From a phage, in the sequence record PQ327946.1: a stretch of DNA of 64,000 nt; one strand, 5' to 3'. This document shows, one piece after another, positions 54,204 through 63,985 of this stretch (its first letter is position 1; each line of letters starts with the position of its first letter). The notes beneath the pieces are model-generated. The model made no database searches. It saw only the letters and a list, made by a program, of their open reading frames with translations, and had not been told where the DNA came from. Position numbers and translations under genes: made by a program.

Positions 54204-56017
54204 TGGTGTTTAACCCTATGCATGATTTCTTTATTTTTACCGAGATTAAATCCGCGTTCGTTCGGATTTCCCAAATAACCACATGTTCTTCTTATGGTGT
54301 TCATCTTTTTAGGATCACTTTCTCCACAAACTGAACAAACAAATCCGTTTTCAGTAGGAGTCATTTCATGAGTACTTCCACATGTAAAACATTTATCTAC
54401 TGGCATATTAACACCAAAATAATCTAAATGTTGTGCAGCATAATCCCAGACAGCCTCAAGACCTTTTAAGTTATTTTTCATATCTGGAAGTTCAACATAA
54501 GAAATGTGACCGCCTGTTGCAATGAAATGATATGGGGCTTCGCGAGAAATCTTTTCAAATGGAGTAATATTTTCTTCTACTGAAACGTGGAAACTGTTAG
54601 TGTACCAGCCTTTATCGGTAACATCTTTTACACTTCCATATTTCTCAGTATCAAGTTTACAGAAGCGATAGCACAGGTTTTCAGCAGGAGTAGAATACAG
54701 GCTAAAAGCAAAACCGGTTCTTTCAGTCCACTGCTTAAGACGAGCATTCATTTTAGTTAAAATTTCCTGTCCAATATCACGTCCGACAAGAATATTCAAT
54801 TCGTGAATACCAATGTATCCTAGGGACACTGAACTTCTGCCGTTTTTAAATAACTCAATTATATCGTCATCAGGTTTAAGACGAACCCCGAATGCACCTT
54901 CTTGGTAAAGAATAGGAGCAACAGTAGCTTTAACTCCTTTTAAGGAACTAATTCTGCACATCAATGCTTCAAAACATAAATCCATTCGTTCATTGAATAA
55001 TTCAACAAATTTCTGTTCATTGAACTGTGTTCCAATATAAGAATCTAACGCAATACGAGGAAGATTCAGTGTTACAACACCAAGATTATTACGTCCATCA
55101 AGAATTTCATTACCAGTCGAATCTTTCCATACGCTCAAGAAACTACGACAGCCCATTGGAGAAACAGGAACAGATGAACCAGTGATAGCTTTATTATTCT
55201 TAACTGAAATAATATCAGGATACATTCTTTTGCTTGCACACTCTAGAGCAAGCTGCTTAATATCATAATTCGGATCGTCTTTATAAAGATTAACACCTTC
55301 TTCAACGAACATAACAAGTTTAGGGAAAATAGGAGTTATCCCATCGCGACCAAGACCTTTAATACGATTTTTCAGAATTGCTTTCTGAATCATTCGTTCA
55401 GTCCAGTCAGTTCCAGTACCAAATGTAATTGTCACAAAAGGCGTTTGTCCGTTTGAACTAAAGAGAGTATTTACTTCATATTCATAAGCTTGGAATGCAT
55501 CGTATACGTCTTTTTCTGTTTTAGATTGGGCATAATTCAGCGCATCAGCGATTTGCCATTTTTCTGCATCTTCAATATGTTTTGCGTAGGTGCGTTTAAC
55601 ATAAGGAGAAAGGACTTTATCTACATTCGCAAATGTAGTTCCACCGTATTGATGGGAAGCAACCTGCGCAGTAATTTGTGCCATAATTGCAGTAGCAACA
55701 CCAATCGATTTAGGCGTTTCAATTTGAGCATTGCCTAATTTAAATCCATTCTCAAGCATCCCCTTTAAATCGACTAAACAGCAATTAGTAAATGGAAGAG
55801 CAGGAGAATAATCAATATCATGCATGTGGATAATTCCACTTTCGTGTGCTTTCATAATAAAAGACGGGACCATATTTTTGGCAATGTGCTTAGACACAAT
55901 ACCAGCCATAAGGTCCCGTTGAGTTGGAAAAACACGAGAATCTTTATTAGCATTCTCGTTCAAAAGATCTTTATTAGTTTTATGAATTAATCCTTCAATT
56001 TCTTTTTCAATTTTCAT
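54200..56017 (-). CDS. nrdD: Anaerobic ribonucleoside-triphosphate reductase NrdD, intron-free
   Basis: 605 aa; C-terminal glycyl-radical motif RRTCGYLG and zinc-ribbon Cys; single continuous ORF. Confidence 0.9.
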   Translation of the reverse strand: MKIEKEIEGLIHKTNKDLLNENANKDSRVFPTQRDLMAGIVSKHIAKNMVPSFIMKAHESGIIHMHDIDYSPALPFTNCCLVDLKGMLENGFKLGNAQIETPKSIGVATAIMAQITAQVASHQYGGTTFANVDKVLSPYVKRTYAKHIEDAEKWQIADALNYAQSKTEKDVYDAFQAYEYEVNTLFSSNGQTPFVTITFGTGTDWTERMIQKAILKNRIKGLGRDGITPIFPKLVMFVEEGVNLYKDDPNYDIKQLALECASKRMYPDIISVKNNKAITGSSVPVSPMGCRSFLSVWKDSTGNEILDGRNNLGVVTLNLPRIALDSYIGTQFNEQKFVELFNERMDLCFEALMCRISSLKGVKATVAPILYQEGAFGVRLKPDDDIIELFKNGRSSVSLGYIGIHELNILVGRDIGQEILTKMNARLKQWTERTGFAFSLYSTPAENLCYRFCKLDTEKYGSVKDVTDKGWYTNSFHVSVEENITPFEKISREAPYHFIATGGHISYVELPDMKNNLKGLEAVWDYAAQHLDYFGVNMPVDKCFTCGSTHEMTPTENGFVCSVCGESDPKKMNTIRRTCGYLGNPNERGFNLGKNKEIMHRVKHQ

Positions 56018-56487
56018 TTTAAACTCTTTCTAAGCTGCTTTTTGAATGAAGCTATTAATTGTGTTTTGGTATCAGATTCATTATATTCAAATCCTCTTTG
56101 AAGCATCTCGGCCATCATTTCCTCTTTACCTAGTCTTGAGAACTCTTTAGTTTTGTCTGGAACAAAATTAGGATGGATATTATTATCAGAATAATCTTGT
56201 TTCAAATAAGCAAGAAGAGCTTCAAGCCATTCTAAGTAGTCAACGTTTTGTCCTTTCAAACCGGAACGGTTGAACTTATGCTTCATTTGACCTTCTGCTG
56301 CGTTGCACAGATTACAGAGTAAACCACGAACTCTACCTGCTTTTGGCCCGTTTAATTCGTGGTCGTGGTCAAGATGGTTACCTTGAACATCAGGGTCTAA
56401 TTCACGGTGGCAAATAGGACACTTACCATTCTGTGCATCATAAAATTTTTGTTTTTCTTCTTTATATTTTGCGCCTGATAATAACAT
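56014..56487 (-). CDS. 49: Endonuclease VII gp49 (Holliday junction resolvase)
   Basis: 157 aa; near-identical to remembered T4 endo VII (..GKCPICHREL..HLDHDHELNGPKAG..). Confidence 0.9.
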   Translation of the reverse strand: MLLSGAKYKEEKQKFYDAQNGKCPICHRELDPDVQGNHLDHDHELNGPKAGRVRGLLCNLCNAAEGQMKHKFNRSGLKGQNVDYLEWLEALLAYLKQDYSDNNIHPNFVPDKTKEFSRLGKEEMMAEMLQRGFEYNESDTKTQLIASFKKQLRKSLK

Positions 56488-56517
56488 AATAAACCCTTAC
56501 CTTAAATAGATAAGGGT

Positions 56518-56525
56518 ATTTATAA
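56518..56525 (-). promoter_or_regulatory. Late promoter TATAAATA for gene 49
   Basis: + strand tatttata about 30 nt upstream of the gene 49 ATG. Confidence 0.5.
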
Positions 56526-56526
56526 T

Positions 56527-56952
56527 TTAGTAAACGTTATAAAAGTCTCGATGAAAACGTCTTTCTAAATATTCAATGTATTCCGCTGCGGCTTGCATCA
56601 GATTACCTTCATAACCGTCATTATTTTCTTGGGCGGCTAATTTAGCTAGAGCATAAGAAATACGTTCACCTTCGAATTTGCCAACACAAACTACTTGGTC
56701 AATTTCTTCGAGTTCATCTATTGAATGGGATTCCCAGAAGCACCAAAGAGAAGTATCACGGTCATAGATGCAAAGTTTATCACCTGTGTTCAACATCACT
56801 TCGTTAATGCCATGGCCGCCATAACCACCTTCGGTAGTAGTACCAATTACCTTGATGAGTGTTCCTTTCTTTAATTCAGGAAACTTGACTTGTAGTTCTT
56901 CATCTTCTTTAACAATCTTGAACCATTTACCGCGAGTTTCAGAAATATTCAT
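56527..56952 (-). CDS. Hypothetical protein, pin-like position (about 141 aa)
   Basis: Start set at internal ATG MNISETRGKW; the T4 neighbour of gene 49 is pin; positional only. Confidence 0.35.
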   Translation of the reverse strand: MNISETRGKWFKIVKEDEELQVKFPELKKGTLIKVIGTTTEGGYGGHGINEVMLNTGDKLCIYDRDTSLWCFWESHSIDELEEIDQVVCVGKFEGERISYALAKLAAQENNDGYEGNLMQAAAEYIEYLERRFHRDFYNVY

Positions 56953-56953
56953 A

Positions 56954-57151
56954 TCAATATTCTCTATAAAAGTTACGATGAGAACGTTTAGCTTTGCGAA
57001 GCTGACGTTTAGTAGGACGAACTGTAAATGGTTGTCCAGAGAAAAAATTCGGATCGGTTTTAATAAGCAAATACCAATCATGCTTGCCATTTTTTAATAA
57101 ACGGTACAATAATTTAACTTGCATAATAATCTCTTCCCATTTCCATATCAA
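56954..57151 (-). CDS. Small protein with basic C-terminal tail (VRPTKRQLR motif)
   Basis: 65 aa; paralog of 27956-28213. Confidence 0.5.
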   Translation of the reverse strand: MIWKWEEIIMQVKLLYRLLKNGKHDWYLLIKTDPNFFSGQPFTVRPTKRQLRKAKRSHRNFYREY

Positions 57152-57252
57152 TTAATTCATTTATTGAAGGTTCATCATAACACGTTTCTTCGTCATTGTA
57201 AACTGTTTCGACGTCTGGCTCGACTGTCTCCCATCGAGCCGAATACCACGGT

Positions 57253-57609
57253 TTAACCCCGGAGTTTATTGAGCTCTTCATAATCAATCCAGGATTCTAG
57301 CCCTGAAGGCAGGTCACATTCAATGTTCCACAGAAGCTCTTCAATGGCTTGCAGGCGATTATATTCTTCAACGGTAATGGTAACCATTGGTGCAACCGGT
57401 TCTGCCTTTTTAACCATCATATCGTTCATCAGGACGTAAAGGTCATCACGAACGACAGTGTCGTTCCAACCCCATGATTTGGCTTCGTAAGCTAATGATG
57501 AAGGGAGCACATTTAAAACTTCAATAATAGTTGGAGCATCAGGACCAAGTTCATTGGCACAAACTTCGTATACATCTTGGAAATCTTTAAGATTTAATGA
57601 ATATGTCAT
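57253..57609 (-). CDS. Hypothetical acidic protein (118 aa)
   Basis: ORF. Confidence 0.5.
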   Translation of the reverse strand: MTYSLNLKDFQDVYEVCANELGPDAPTIIEVLNVLPSSLAYEAKSWGWNDTVVRDDLYVLMNDMMVKKAEPVAPMVTITVEEYNRLQAIEELLWNIECDLPSGLESWIDYEELNKLRG

Positions 57610-57869
57610 TTAAAATATTCTCGCAGTTGGTCAAATCCACCAATATGACTTCCGTCAGGAGCAAACACTTGAGGCATAGTCAATCCGATTTGTGATTCAC
57701 GTCCAAGCTTAACCAGAAGCTCAGCAATTTTCTCATCATCAAAAACACCTTTTTCCGGCATAACATTAATGAATTCGAATGGCTGTTTCTTAACGGTCAG
57801 CAATCGTTTCGCATTATCGCAATAAATGCATTTATGAATAGTAGAGTCATAACCATACACTTTAAACAT
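57606..57869 (-). CDS. nrdC: Thioredoxin NrdC
   Basis: Start set at ATG MFKVYGYD; CIYC active site; near-identical to remembered T4 NrdC. Confidence 0.9.
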   Translation of the reverse strand: MFKVYGYDSTIHKCIYCDNAKRLLTVKKQPFEFINVMPEKGVFDDEKIAELLVKLGRESQIGLTMPQVFAPDGSHIGGFDQLREYFK

Positions 57870-58275
57870 TATTTTTCCTTTCATCGATTAAATATGCAAT
57901 GCCAAATACAATACATGTAATAAAACCTGTGATACAGATAGAAACCAACAACACTGTACCAAAGAACCAAATCAAGTTATCTTTAGTAGTTTGTTTGATA
58001 TCCATCTCACGAATTTCTATAGCTATCGTATCACCTTTATTCAGAAGCGTATAAAACGATGGCGATACACGCCTGTCAAAAACTCGTCCTTGCTCATCTT
58101 TATAGACTGCAATAAATTCTAATTTAGAATATTTTCCTGTAGATTGGCCTGAGATTAATTCCACTACCTCCACAGGAATTACTTTAGTTTCCATGTAAGT
58201 ATTCTGGCTGTTCCAAATGAATGGAATGATGGCAAAAACTAAAGCTGCAATAAAGCAACGAAGGCTATATCTCAT
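57862..58275 (-). CDS. Membrane protein (137 aa)
   Basis: N- and C-terminal hydrophobic helices. Confidence 0.5.
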   Translation of the reverse strand: MRYSLRCFIAALVFAIIPFIWNSQNTYMETKVIPVEVVELISGQSTGKYSKLEFIAVYKDEQGRVFDRRVSPSFYTLLNKGDTIAIEIREMDIKQTTKDNLIWFFGTVLLVSICITGFITCIVFGIAYLIDERKNNV

Positions 58276-58580
58276 TATAATGTTCTCTCAAATTTGTGGA
58301 AGCATTTACGGCATTTCAATTTCAAGTTATCAGTGGTCCAGTTAACCAGTTGGACTTGGATAGTTCCACATTCCGGACATGGATGTTTTGCTGCCGATTT
58401 GGCAGCATTTTCACGTCGTTCAACCATTTTCATTATTTCGTTCCATGCCGGAGGAACGAACTCTTCTTCACCGTGGATTTTATCTCGCTGAACAAATTCA
58501 ATCTTTGAACTATCGTCAATAAACTTAACCAAGCCATGATTAGTGCTCATATCAATATCCTCTAAAAGACGTAGTTTCAT
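58275..58580 (-). CDS. Zinc-ribbon protein (101 aa)
   Basis: CPECG..CRKC motif. Confidence 0.5.
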   Translation of the reverse strand: MKLRLLEDIDMSTNHGLVKFIDDSSKIEFVQRDKIHGEEEFVPPAWNEIMKMVERRENAAKSAAKHPCPECGTIQVQLVNWTTDNLKLKCRKCFHKFERTL

Positions 58581-59524
58581 TATAACACCTCAATGGCATT
58601 TCGTAAGCCATCCGCTTTCGCATTCAGAGCTTTTAACGATTTAGTTTGTTCTGCAATCTGGGCTTCGACTTCTTTCAGACGAGATTTGAGATATTCGCGT
58701 TCTTCTCTTAAGTTATCAACTTTTTCTGCTTTAGGCTCTTTAATAGGCTTATACTCATTAGGGTTCTTCAACTTAATTTGAATGCGAGAACTGTATAACA
58801 TTGAACCGTTATCTTCGGTTTCGCTGAACATTTCAACAACATCCATAGTCTGTAATATCATACGAAGTTTATAAGACAGCGAACTAACGGTTTTGTTGCG
58901 CTTATTAATTTCTTCGGCTTTCATGGTACCGAGATTACGTGAGTAGTAATAAGGAACCTGGATATCAATTGACAATGATGCGTTACCATTACCAGTTGGT
59001 TTGAATACTGCAGTAACCCAATCTTTAACATGAACTTTATTTGTACGACCGTCGCCGCCTGTGAATAATTTACGTGAATGTTTAAAAAGCATATTCACTT
59101 GGTTATTGAATTCACAAGCAAATTTATCAGCAAATTTAGTTTCAGGAATGGTAGATAACCAATCAGCTAAATAGGTCTTTTTAACATCGTTAACAATAGT
59201 AAATTCAACCAAATCGGTTATAGATGTCGCAGTTTTAATGAATCTCGGCTTCATAAAGTTTTTAATGTTATCGCGAGCTACAGTAGAAGATAACATACGA
59301 GAACGTTTAAACCATTGAAGCAAATTGCCCAACGAATGAGAATAAGCGTTCTGTGTATCTTTACAGATATGATTTTCTTGACCTGTGTATGTACCAAAAT
59401 CGCGAAGAATACCACTTACTACAACTCGGTGTGGAACATCAAATCCTAATGAACCGGAAGCACGTTGGGCATGAACGTTAGCGATAAGACCTGCAAAATA
59501 ATCAACATAATGTGAACGTGTCAT
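58580..59524 (-). CDS. Hypothetical protein with C-terminal coiled coil (314 aa)
   Basis: Globular N-domain plus heptad-rich tail ..LREEREYLKSRLKEVEAQIAEQTKSLKALNAK.. Confidence 0.55.
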   Translation of the reverse strand: MTRSHYVDYFAGLIANVHAQRASGSLGFDVPHRVVVSGILRDFGTYTGQENHICKDTQNAYSHSLGNLLQWFKRSRMLSSTVARDNIKNFMKPRFIKTATSITDLVEFTIVNDVKKTYLADWLSTIPETKFADKFACEFNNQVNMLFKHSRKLFTGGDGRTNKVHVKDWVTAVFKPTGNGNASLSIDIQVPYYYSRNLGTMKAEEINKRNKTVSSLSYKLRMILQTMDVVEMFSETEDNGSMLYSSRIQIKLKNPNEYKPIKEPKAEKVDNLREEREYLKSRLKEVEAQIAEQTKSLKALNAKADGLRNAIEVL

Positions 59525-59552
59525 AATATTTTCCTCTCGTTAAGATAGAAAG

Positions 59553-59583
59553 ATTATACTCCAACCATCCTTGGTTGTAAACT
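59553..59583 (-). promoter_or_regulatory. Early promoter cassette GTTTAC-AACCAAGGATGGTTGGAG-TATAAT (copy 2)
   Basis: + strand attatactccaaccatccttggttgtaaac. Confidence 0.5.
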
Positions 59584-59586
59584 GAT

Positions 59587-60519
59587 TTATGATTTTAATG
59601 CATTCATTGCGTTAAAAAGTTTAGAGTACTGCAACTGGAGCTTGGTAACTACTTGTTGAGCATCACGAAGCTTAGCTTGTGCTTTGTCAAGTTCAACAGA
59701 CAGTTGGTCCACAGTGCCTTTGATTTGATTATAATAGTAATCTTCGGCAGGAAGAAGACCGTTAGAGATTTCCAGTTTAGTCGACGGTGTGCCGTTAAAC
59801 ATAACAGGTTGTGCTGAAGCTGCATTAATCTTACCGATAGTTGGGGCGACAATAATTGACGCTTCGAACGTTGCATTTTCCTTTTTAAGATTTTGATAGT
59901 ATTCAGAGTCTTTGTGCCACCATGGCGCAGGAACCTTTTTACCAATAGATACACGAGCCTGGATAGCGATATGGCCCTTATTCTTGATAGGGTTGATAAT
60001 ATTAAGCTCACGAGAATAAATTGCTTTAATCTGGTGAATATTATCACCTAGCACTTCCAACGCTTGGTGGAATACACGAGCAACGTTATCATTCTTAGGT
60101 TTATACGTAAGAGTGAACTCGTTCTCACTGATAACCATGATTTCCAACTTATCGTAAGTATATTTCAAATGTTTCATGTTAATTGCTTGAGGACGAATAC
60201 GAGAAGCAATGGCCATCAGATTGTTAAGGTTATTCCGGAACTGCTTAGCGAAATATTGTCCTTCATCGCCAATACAAAAATTACGAAGTTTCTGTTTGGC
60301 TAATAAACGGCTGAACTCACCATTTTTAATGAACTCTTTAACGGGTGTGTTAGTAACGCATTCAAATTGAGTAAACTTACGAGAAGTAATCCCATAATAT
60401 GAACAGATTTCCTCAATCTCTTCAGGAGTCTTTACAGGCATACGGATAGGATTAGGACCTGGGGTATATGCGTTCGAGGTAAATTCTTTGATAAGTTCTC
60501 TACGTGTAATAGAAGCCAT
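59587..60519 (-). CDS. Hypothetical protein with C-terminal coiled coil (310 aa)
   Basis: C-terminal ..QLSVELDKAQAKLRDAQQVVTKLQLQYSKL.. Confidence 0.55.
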   Translation of the reverse strand: MASITRRELIKEFTSNAYTPGPNPIRMPVKTPEEIEEICSYYGITSRKFTQFECVTNTPVKEFIKNGEFSRLLAKQKLRNFCIGDEGQYFAKQFRNNLNNLMAIASRIRPQAINMKHLKYTYDKLEIMVISENEFTLTYKPKNDNVARVFHQALEVLGDNIHQIKAIYSRELNIINPIKNKGHIAIQARVSIGKKVPAPWWHKDSEYYQNLKKENATFEASIIVAPTIGKINAASAQPVMFNGTPSTKLEISNGLLPAEDYYYNQIKGTVDQLSVELDKAQAKLRDAQQVVTKLQLQYSKLFNAMNALKS

Positions 60520-60544
60520 TTTATATTCCTCATGTTGAAAAATT

Positions 60545-60575
60545 TATTATACTCCAACCATCCTTGGTTGTACAT
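60545..60575 (-). promoter_or_regulatory. Early promoter cassette (copy 3, -35 variant TGTACA)
   Basis: + strand attatactccaaccatccttggttgtaca. Confidence 0.45.
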
Positions 60576-61570
60576 CATTCCTTAAGAAGTTTTACTACTT
60601 GAATAAGATTAGCTCGTTCTGTTTTATTTTTACCGTTTAAGCCTGCTAATCGTGAGATTTCATCATCAGTCTGTTGAATAGTTACATTAAGTTCGTTAAT
60701 CAAAGCTTCAAAGTATTTGATTTGCTCAGCATGTTTTGATTCAAATTTTTGAACCGGAATAACGTCTTGGTTTAGTTCATCAATAAGGTCTTTAAGAGCA
60801 TCTTCTTGGTTGATATCATATTCAACTTCTTTTATTTCTTCAACGAGCTCGTCTTTATATCTAACGTCTTTTAGTCCTGGTGCTGGTCCTGAAATCTCTT
60901 CTTTAAGAGTACAAACATATCCAATACGGTATCCAATACCGTCTCGCTTGATAACAACTTCGTCAATAAATCCACAATGTTTAAGACCGGAGCCGATTAG
61001 GTCAAAATATCCTTGACGTCGTCCTTCAAACGTTACACGAACTACTAAGACAGTTTTACCTGCAACCTTTTGAAGCTCACATTTATAAAAGTCTGTTGAA
61101 CCTGAATAACGTGGATGAGTTTTAAAGTTCATCTGACGATCTAGGCCCATTTGTAAGCGTGCTGATACGGCCATAAAACGTGTTTGGTTCTCGTTAAGAT
61201 GAGCAACAATCCATTTCAAAGGCATTTTACACTGTTCACGACCGAACAAATCAGTACGTCCTAGATTACGCAGGATGTTGTTAGAGTTAATCATCGACAG
61301 AACGTTAAGTTTATTCAGCGCGCTGAAGATTCCATCGGCCATTGATTTTCCGTAACCTTTACACGCTTTAATAAGCGCTCGCGGTAGATTAGTATAGATT
61401 TCAGACGGCATATGAAAATCAAATTTACTAGTCAGTAATTGATGAACTTGGATAGCAATTTGCTCATAATTAAGTGCTCTGCGATCATTATGGTCTTTAA
61501 ACCACACTTTAATCTGTGAAGCACATAAACCGTTAATTTCATGTTTTACCGCATCAGATGTAATGCTCAT
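60575..61570 (-). CDS. Hypothetical protein with C-terminal coiled coil (331 aa)
   Basis: C-terminal ..QKFESKHAEQIKYFEALINELNVTIQQTDDEISRL.. Confidence 0.55.
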   Translation of the reverse strand: MSITSDAVKHEINGLCASQIKVWFKDHNDRRALNYEQIAIQVHQLLTSKFDFHMPSEIYTNLPRALIKACKGYGKSMADGIFSALNKLNVLSMINSNNILRNLGRTDLFGREQCKMPLKWIVAHLNENQTRFMAVSARLQMGLDRQMNFKTHPRYSGSTDFYKCELQKVAGKTVLVVRVTFEGRRQGYFDLIGSGLKHCGFIDEVVIKRDGIGYRIGYVCTLKEEISGPAPGLKDVRYKDELVEEIKEVEYDINQEDALKDLIDELNQDVIPVQKFESKHAEQIKYFEALINELNVTIQQTDDEISRLAGLNGKNKTERANLIQVVKLLKE

Positions 61571-61632
61571 AACTATTTCCTCAGATTGAATTGGAACTCA
61601 AAACCATTATAACCCGTCCTTGGGTAAAGCGT

Positions 61633-62160
61633 TTATGCGTGAACCGTCTTTAAACGTTCTTCAAATTTCCGAAGAGTACTAATACGTTCTGCTTTCTGTT
61701 TTGTATAGTTTGCAATACGTTCTGAAGTGAGAGCGTATCGTTCGTTTACTGTTTCTTTCATGAAGTCAGGGATTTCACGAGAAGCTTTAATTTCATCAAA
61801 CTTATCGAGTACTGCCTGGTCTTCAGCGATTAAATTTTCGTACATCTCGATATCTTTCTTGATAAACTCGATATCTTCCTGGGTTACTTTGGATAAACGA
61901 GATGCTTTATCCTTTTTGTACTGCTCGTTAGTTTCACGAGACCAGAATAATGTACGTTTTTTGTTAGTGTTTTTGTAGACTTCCACAATTCCAACTGAAT
62001 CGATGATAGCAATCCAATTCCAGCGAGATTTGAAAATCTGACCTCCGTCCACGGTAATCTCGTTACCATAAGCAACGTCATTAAAGAACTTGCTTTGTGC
62101 TTCAGATTTAAATTTACCGTCGTTATAATTTACCAGGTTGAAAATATCTTTAGCGTTCAT
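61633..62160 (-). CDS. Hypothetical protein (175 aa)
   Basis: GGAGG RBS and promoter cassette upstream. Confidence 0.55.
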   Translation of the reverse strand: MNAKDIFNLVNYNDGKFKSEAQSKFFNDVAYGNEITVDGGQIFKSRWNWIAIIDSVGIVEVYKNTNKKRTLFWSRETNEQYKKDKASRLSKVTQEDIEFIKKDIEMYENLIAEDQAVLDKFDEIKASREIPDFMKETVNERYALTSERIANYTKQKAERISTLRKFEERLKTVHA

Positions 62161-62169
62161 GTTTTACCT

Positions 62170-62215
62170 CCAGTAGTTGATAGGTCTATAATAACATAAC
62201 CATAGACCTTGTAAA
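62170..62215 (-). promoter_or_regulatory. Early promoter GTTTAC-N17-TATTAT-AGACCTATC-..GGAGG
   Basis: Minus strand GTTTACaaggtctatggttatgtTATTATagacctatcaactactGGAGGtaaaacATG. Confidence 0.5.
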
Positions 62216-62218
62216 CAA

Positions 62219-62506
62219 CTAAAAGAAACTTTTTTCGGTATTTTTTCCACTGAACCAAACCGATTTCGGAATTTTCTGTAATTTTTCAGATTTAAGTTTC
62301 TCTTCCTGTTCTTTCTTATATGCATCCTTGTCGTACTGGAACAACTCTAAGGCATTCTTTTGTAGACGGTCTAAGGTAATTAAGGCTTTAGTTTTTCCTT
62401 TCAAGGAAGAGTCCTGGCGAACCTCCTCGCTATATTGCATCGTAGAACTAACCATACGATGAGCATAGAGTTCTACTGCGGCTTTAATTTTTTGCATAAA
62501 ATCCAT
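62219..62506 (-). CDS. Hypothetical protein (95 aa)
   Basis: ORF. Confidence 0.45.
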   Translation of the reverse strand: MDFMQKIKAAVELYAHRMVSSTMQYSEEVRQDSSLKGKTKALITLDRLQKNALELFQYDKDAYKKEQEEKLKSEKLQKIPKSVWFSGKNTEKSFF

Positions 62507-62644
62507 AACATATCCTCTTTGATTTGTACATCATTATTTTTAAATATTTCTATGCCCTCAGTAGGTTCCTGGTGTCCTTCTTTGAGGTAAGCCATATGAT
62601 TATTCATCTTTATGGCTTTTGTTACCTCAGAACTTCCTATAAGC

Positions 62645-63646
62645 TTATTTCAGTAAAGTTACTTCAGAGATTTCCTCCCAACCATCTTTATCAGTTGAAA
62701 TAAAATCTGCTACGTAAAGAGCCGTACGTAATGATACATTGCGAAGACGAGATACGTTAGCCTTCATCCAGGACAATGCTTTATACGTTTCTGCATCCGT
62801 CAGACCACGTTTCTGCATCATGTCAGTAGATAATATTACATCTTCAACTCGAACCATAATCTCTTCATTAGAGTGTACTCCAAGGTCGAGATACACTGAA
62901 CGAGATACTAAAGCTTGAAGGTGTGGGGCAAGTTTCGAACCGCGTTCTAACTCTTTATCGATATCAACGTTTGTAATGAAAACGATAGTACCTTCAAACT
63001 CAAATTCTTTATCAATACCCTTATCATCGAGATAAGATGACGCAGTGCTCCAACAAACTTTGCGTTTATCTCCAGTATCTAATGCTGCTTTAAGAAGGTT
63101 CAAGATGTCCATATCTGAGAATACGTCAACGTCGTCGATTAAGAGAACGCTGTCTGCATCACGGTTGAGCCAAAGTTGTTCGTAAAGGCCGATACCAGAG
63201 ATTTTACCATTAATGCTTTTGTATTTGATGAAACCATTATCATTAGCGTTATTAAGTGCTTTATCCAGAGAATACGTCTTACCAATACCAGCTGCACCTG
63301 AAATAATGAGTGAACGAATTTTACCATCGATAATGCCATTCGTCATCATGTTCATTACTTTAAAGCGTTTGTTGATACGAGTTTTCATATCTTCAGTGCT
63401 TTCAACGACTGCAACTGGTGATGTCTCAACTCCTTCCATTACGATGTCTGATTTGAAGACCCATACTCCACGTTCAGAACCGTCAATCATAACGAAGATT
63501 TTACCATCACCTAAGTGGGAACATTCAGGATTAAGCTTTGCCGGGAACCAGGTCTTTGTGGCAACATAAGAACCAGAGATTTCGTTATTACGATAGATAC
63601 CTTTTTTGATTTGAACGTTGAACATTTTATTCTCCAATTTACTCAT
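62645..63646 (-). CDS. P-loop NTPase (AAA-like)
   Basis: 333 aa; Walker A ISGAAGIGKTYS, Walker B VLLIDDVDVF. Confidence 0.6.
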   Translation of the reverse strand: MSKLENKMFNVQIKKGIYRNNEISGSYVATKTWFPAKLNPECSHLGDGKIFVMIDGSERGVWVFKSDIVMEGVETSPVAVVESTEDMKTRINKRFKVMNMMTNGIIDGKIRSLIISGAAGIGKTYSLDKALNNANDNGFIKYKSINGKISGIGLYEQLWLNRDADSVLLIDDVDVFSDMDILNLLKAALDTGDKRKVCWSTASSYLDDKGIDKEFEFEGTIVFITNVDIDKELERGSKLAPHLQALVSRSVYLDLGVHSNEEIMVRVEDVILSTDMMQKRGLTDAETYKALSWMKANVSRLRNVSLRTALYVADFISTDKDGWEEISEVTLLK

Positions 63647-63651
63647 TTCGT

Positions 63652-63690
63652 TTCGATAGGTCTATAATAACATATCCTAAAAGCATGTAC
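63652..63690 (-). promoter_or_regulatory. Early promoter cassette (ttcgataggtctataataacat..gtacac)
   Basis: gataggtctataata family. Confidence 0.35.
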
Positions 63691-63720
63691 ACCACTTTTT
63701 AAAAATATTTTATCCCCCTA

Positions 63721-63738
63721 AAGGGCCTTCAGGCCCTT
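63721..63738 (-). terminator. Hairpin AAGGGCC-(UGAA)-GGCCCUU after the last ORF
   Basis: + strand aagggccttcaggccctt. Confidence 0.4.
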
Positions 63739-63739
63739 A

Positions 63740-63985
63740 TCATTTATAGTACGAATTGTGGTTTTCTAAGTAAACTTGTTCAAGGAAGTCATCCCAGAAA
63801 CTCATATCTACTTTTTGCTGCATACCATTCTTAGCGGCTTGTTCTGACGCATGTTCTACCTGGTCAACAATATCTTCCAGGAATTCTTGTACAGTTTTAA
63901 ACGTATGTTTACCAAGCTTAACATCGAGAATAAATGGAGCATCTTGAAGCGGGTAAACCAGGTCGCCGGTTTTGTAAATTTCCAA
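63740..63985 (-). CDS. Hypothetical protein (81 aa)
   Basis: ORF. Confidence 0.45.
   Translation of the reverse strand: MEIYKTGDLVYPLQDAPFILDVKLGKHTFKTVQEFLEDIVDQVEHASEQAAKNGMQQKVDMSFWDDFLEQVYLENHNSYYK

Noticed and set aside
54200-56017. Searched for a group I intron in nrdD, as in T4
   Set aside because: nrdD is one continuous 605-aa ORF with the glycyl-radical motif intact; no intron-sized interruption.
4473-63690. Dispersed short repeats considered as a possible CRISPR array or mobile-element ends
   Set aside because: Copies are separated by kilobases, sit upstream of gene starts and contain -35/-10 hexamers, so they are promoter cassettes and not regularly spaced CRISPR repeats or transposon ends.
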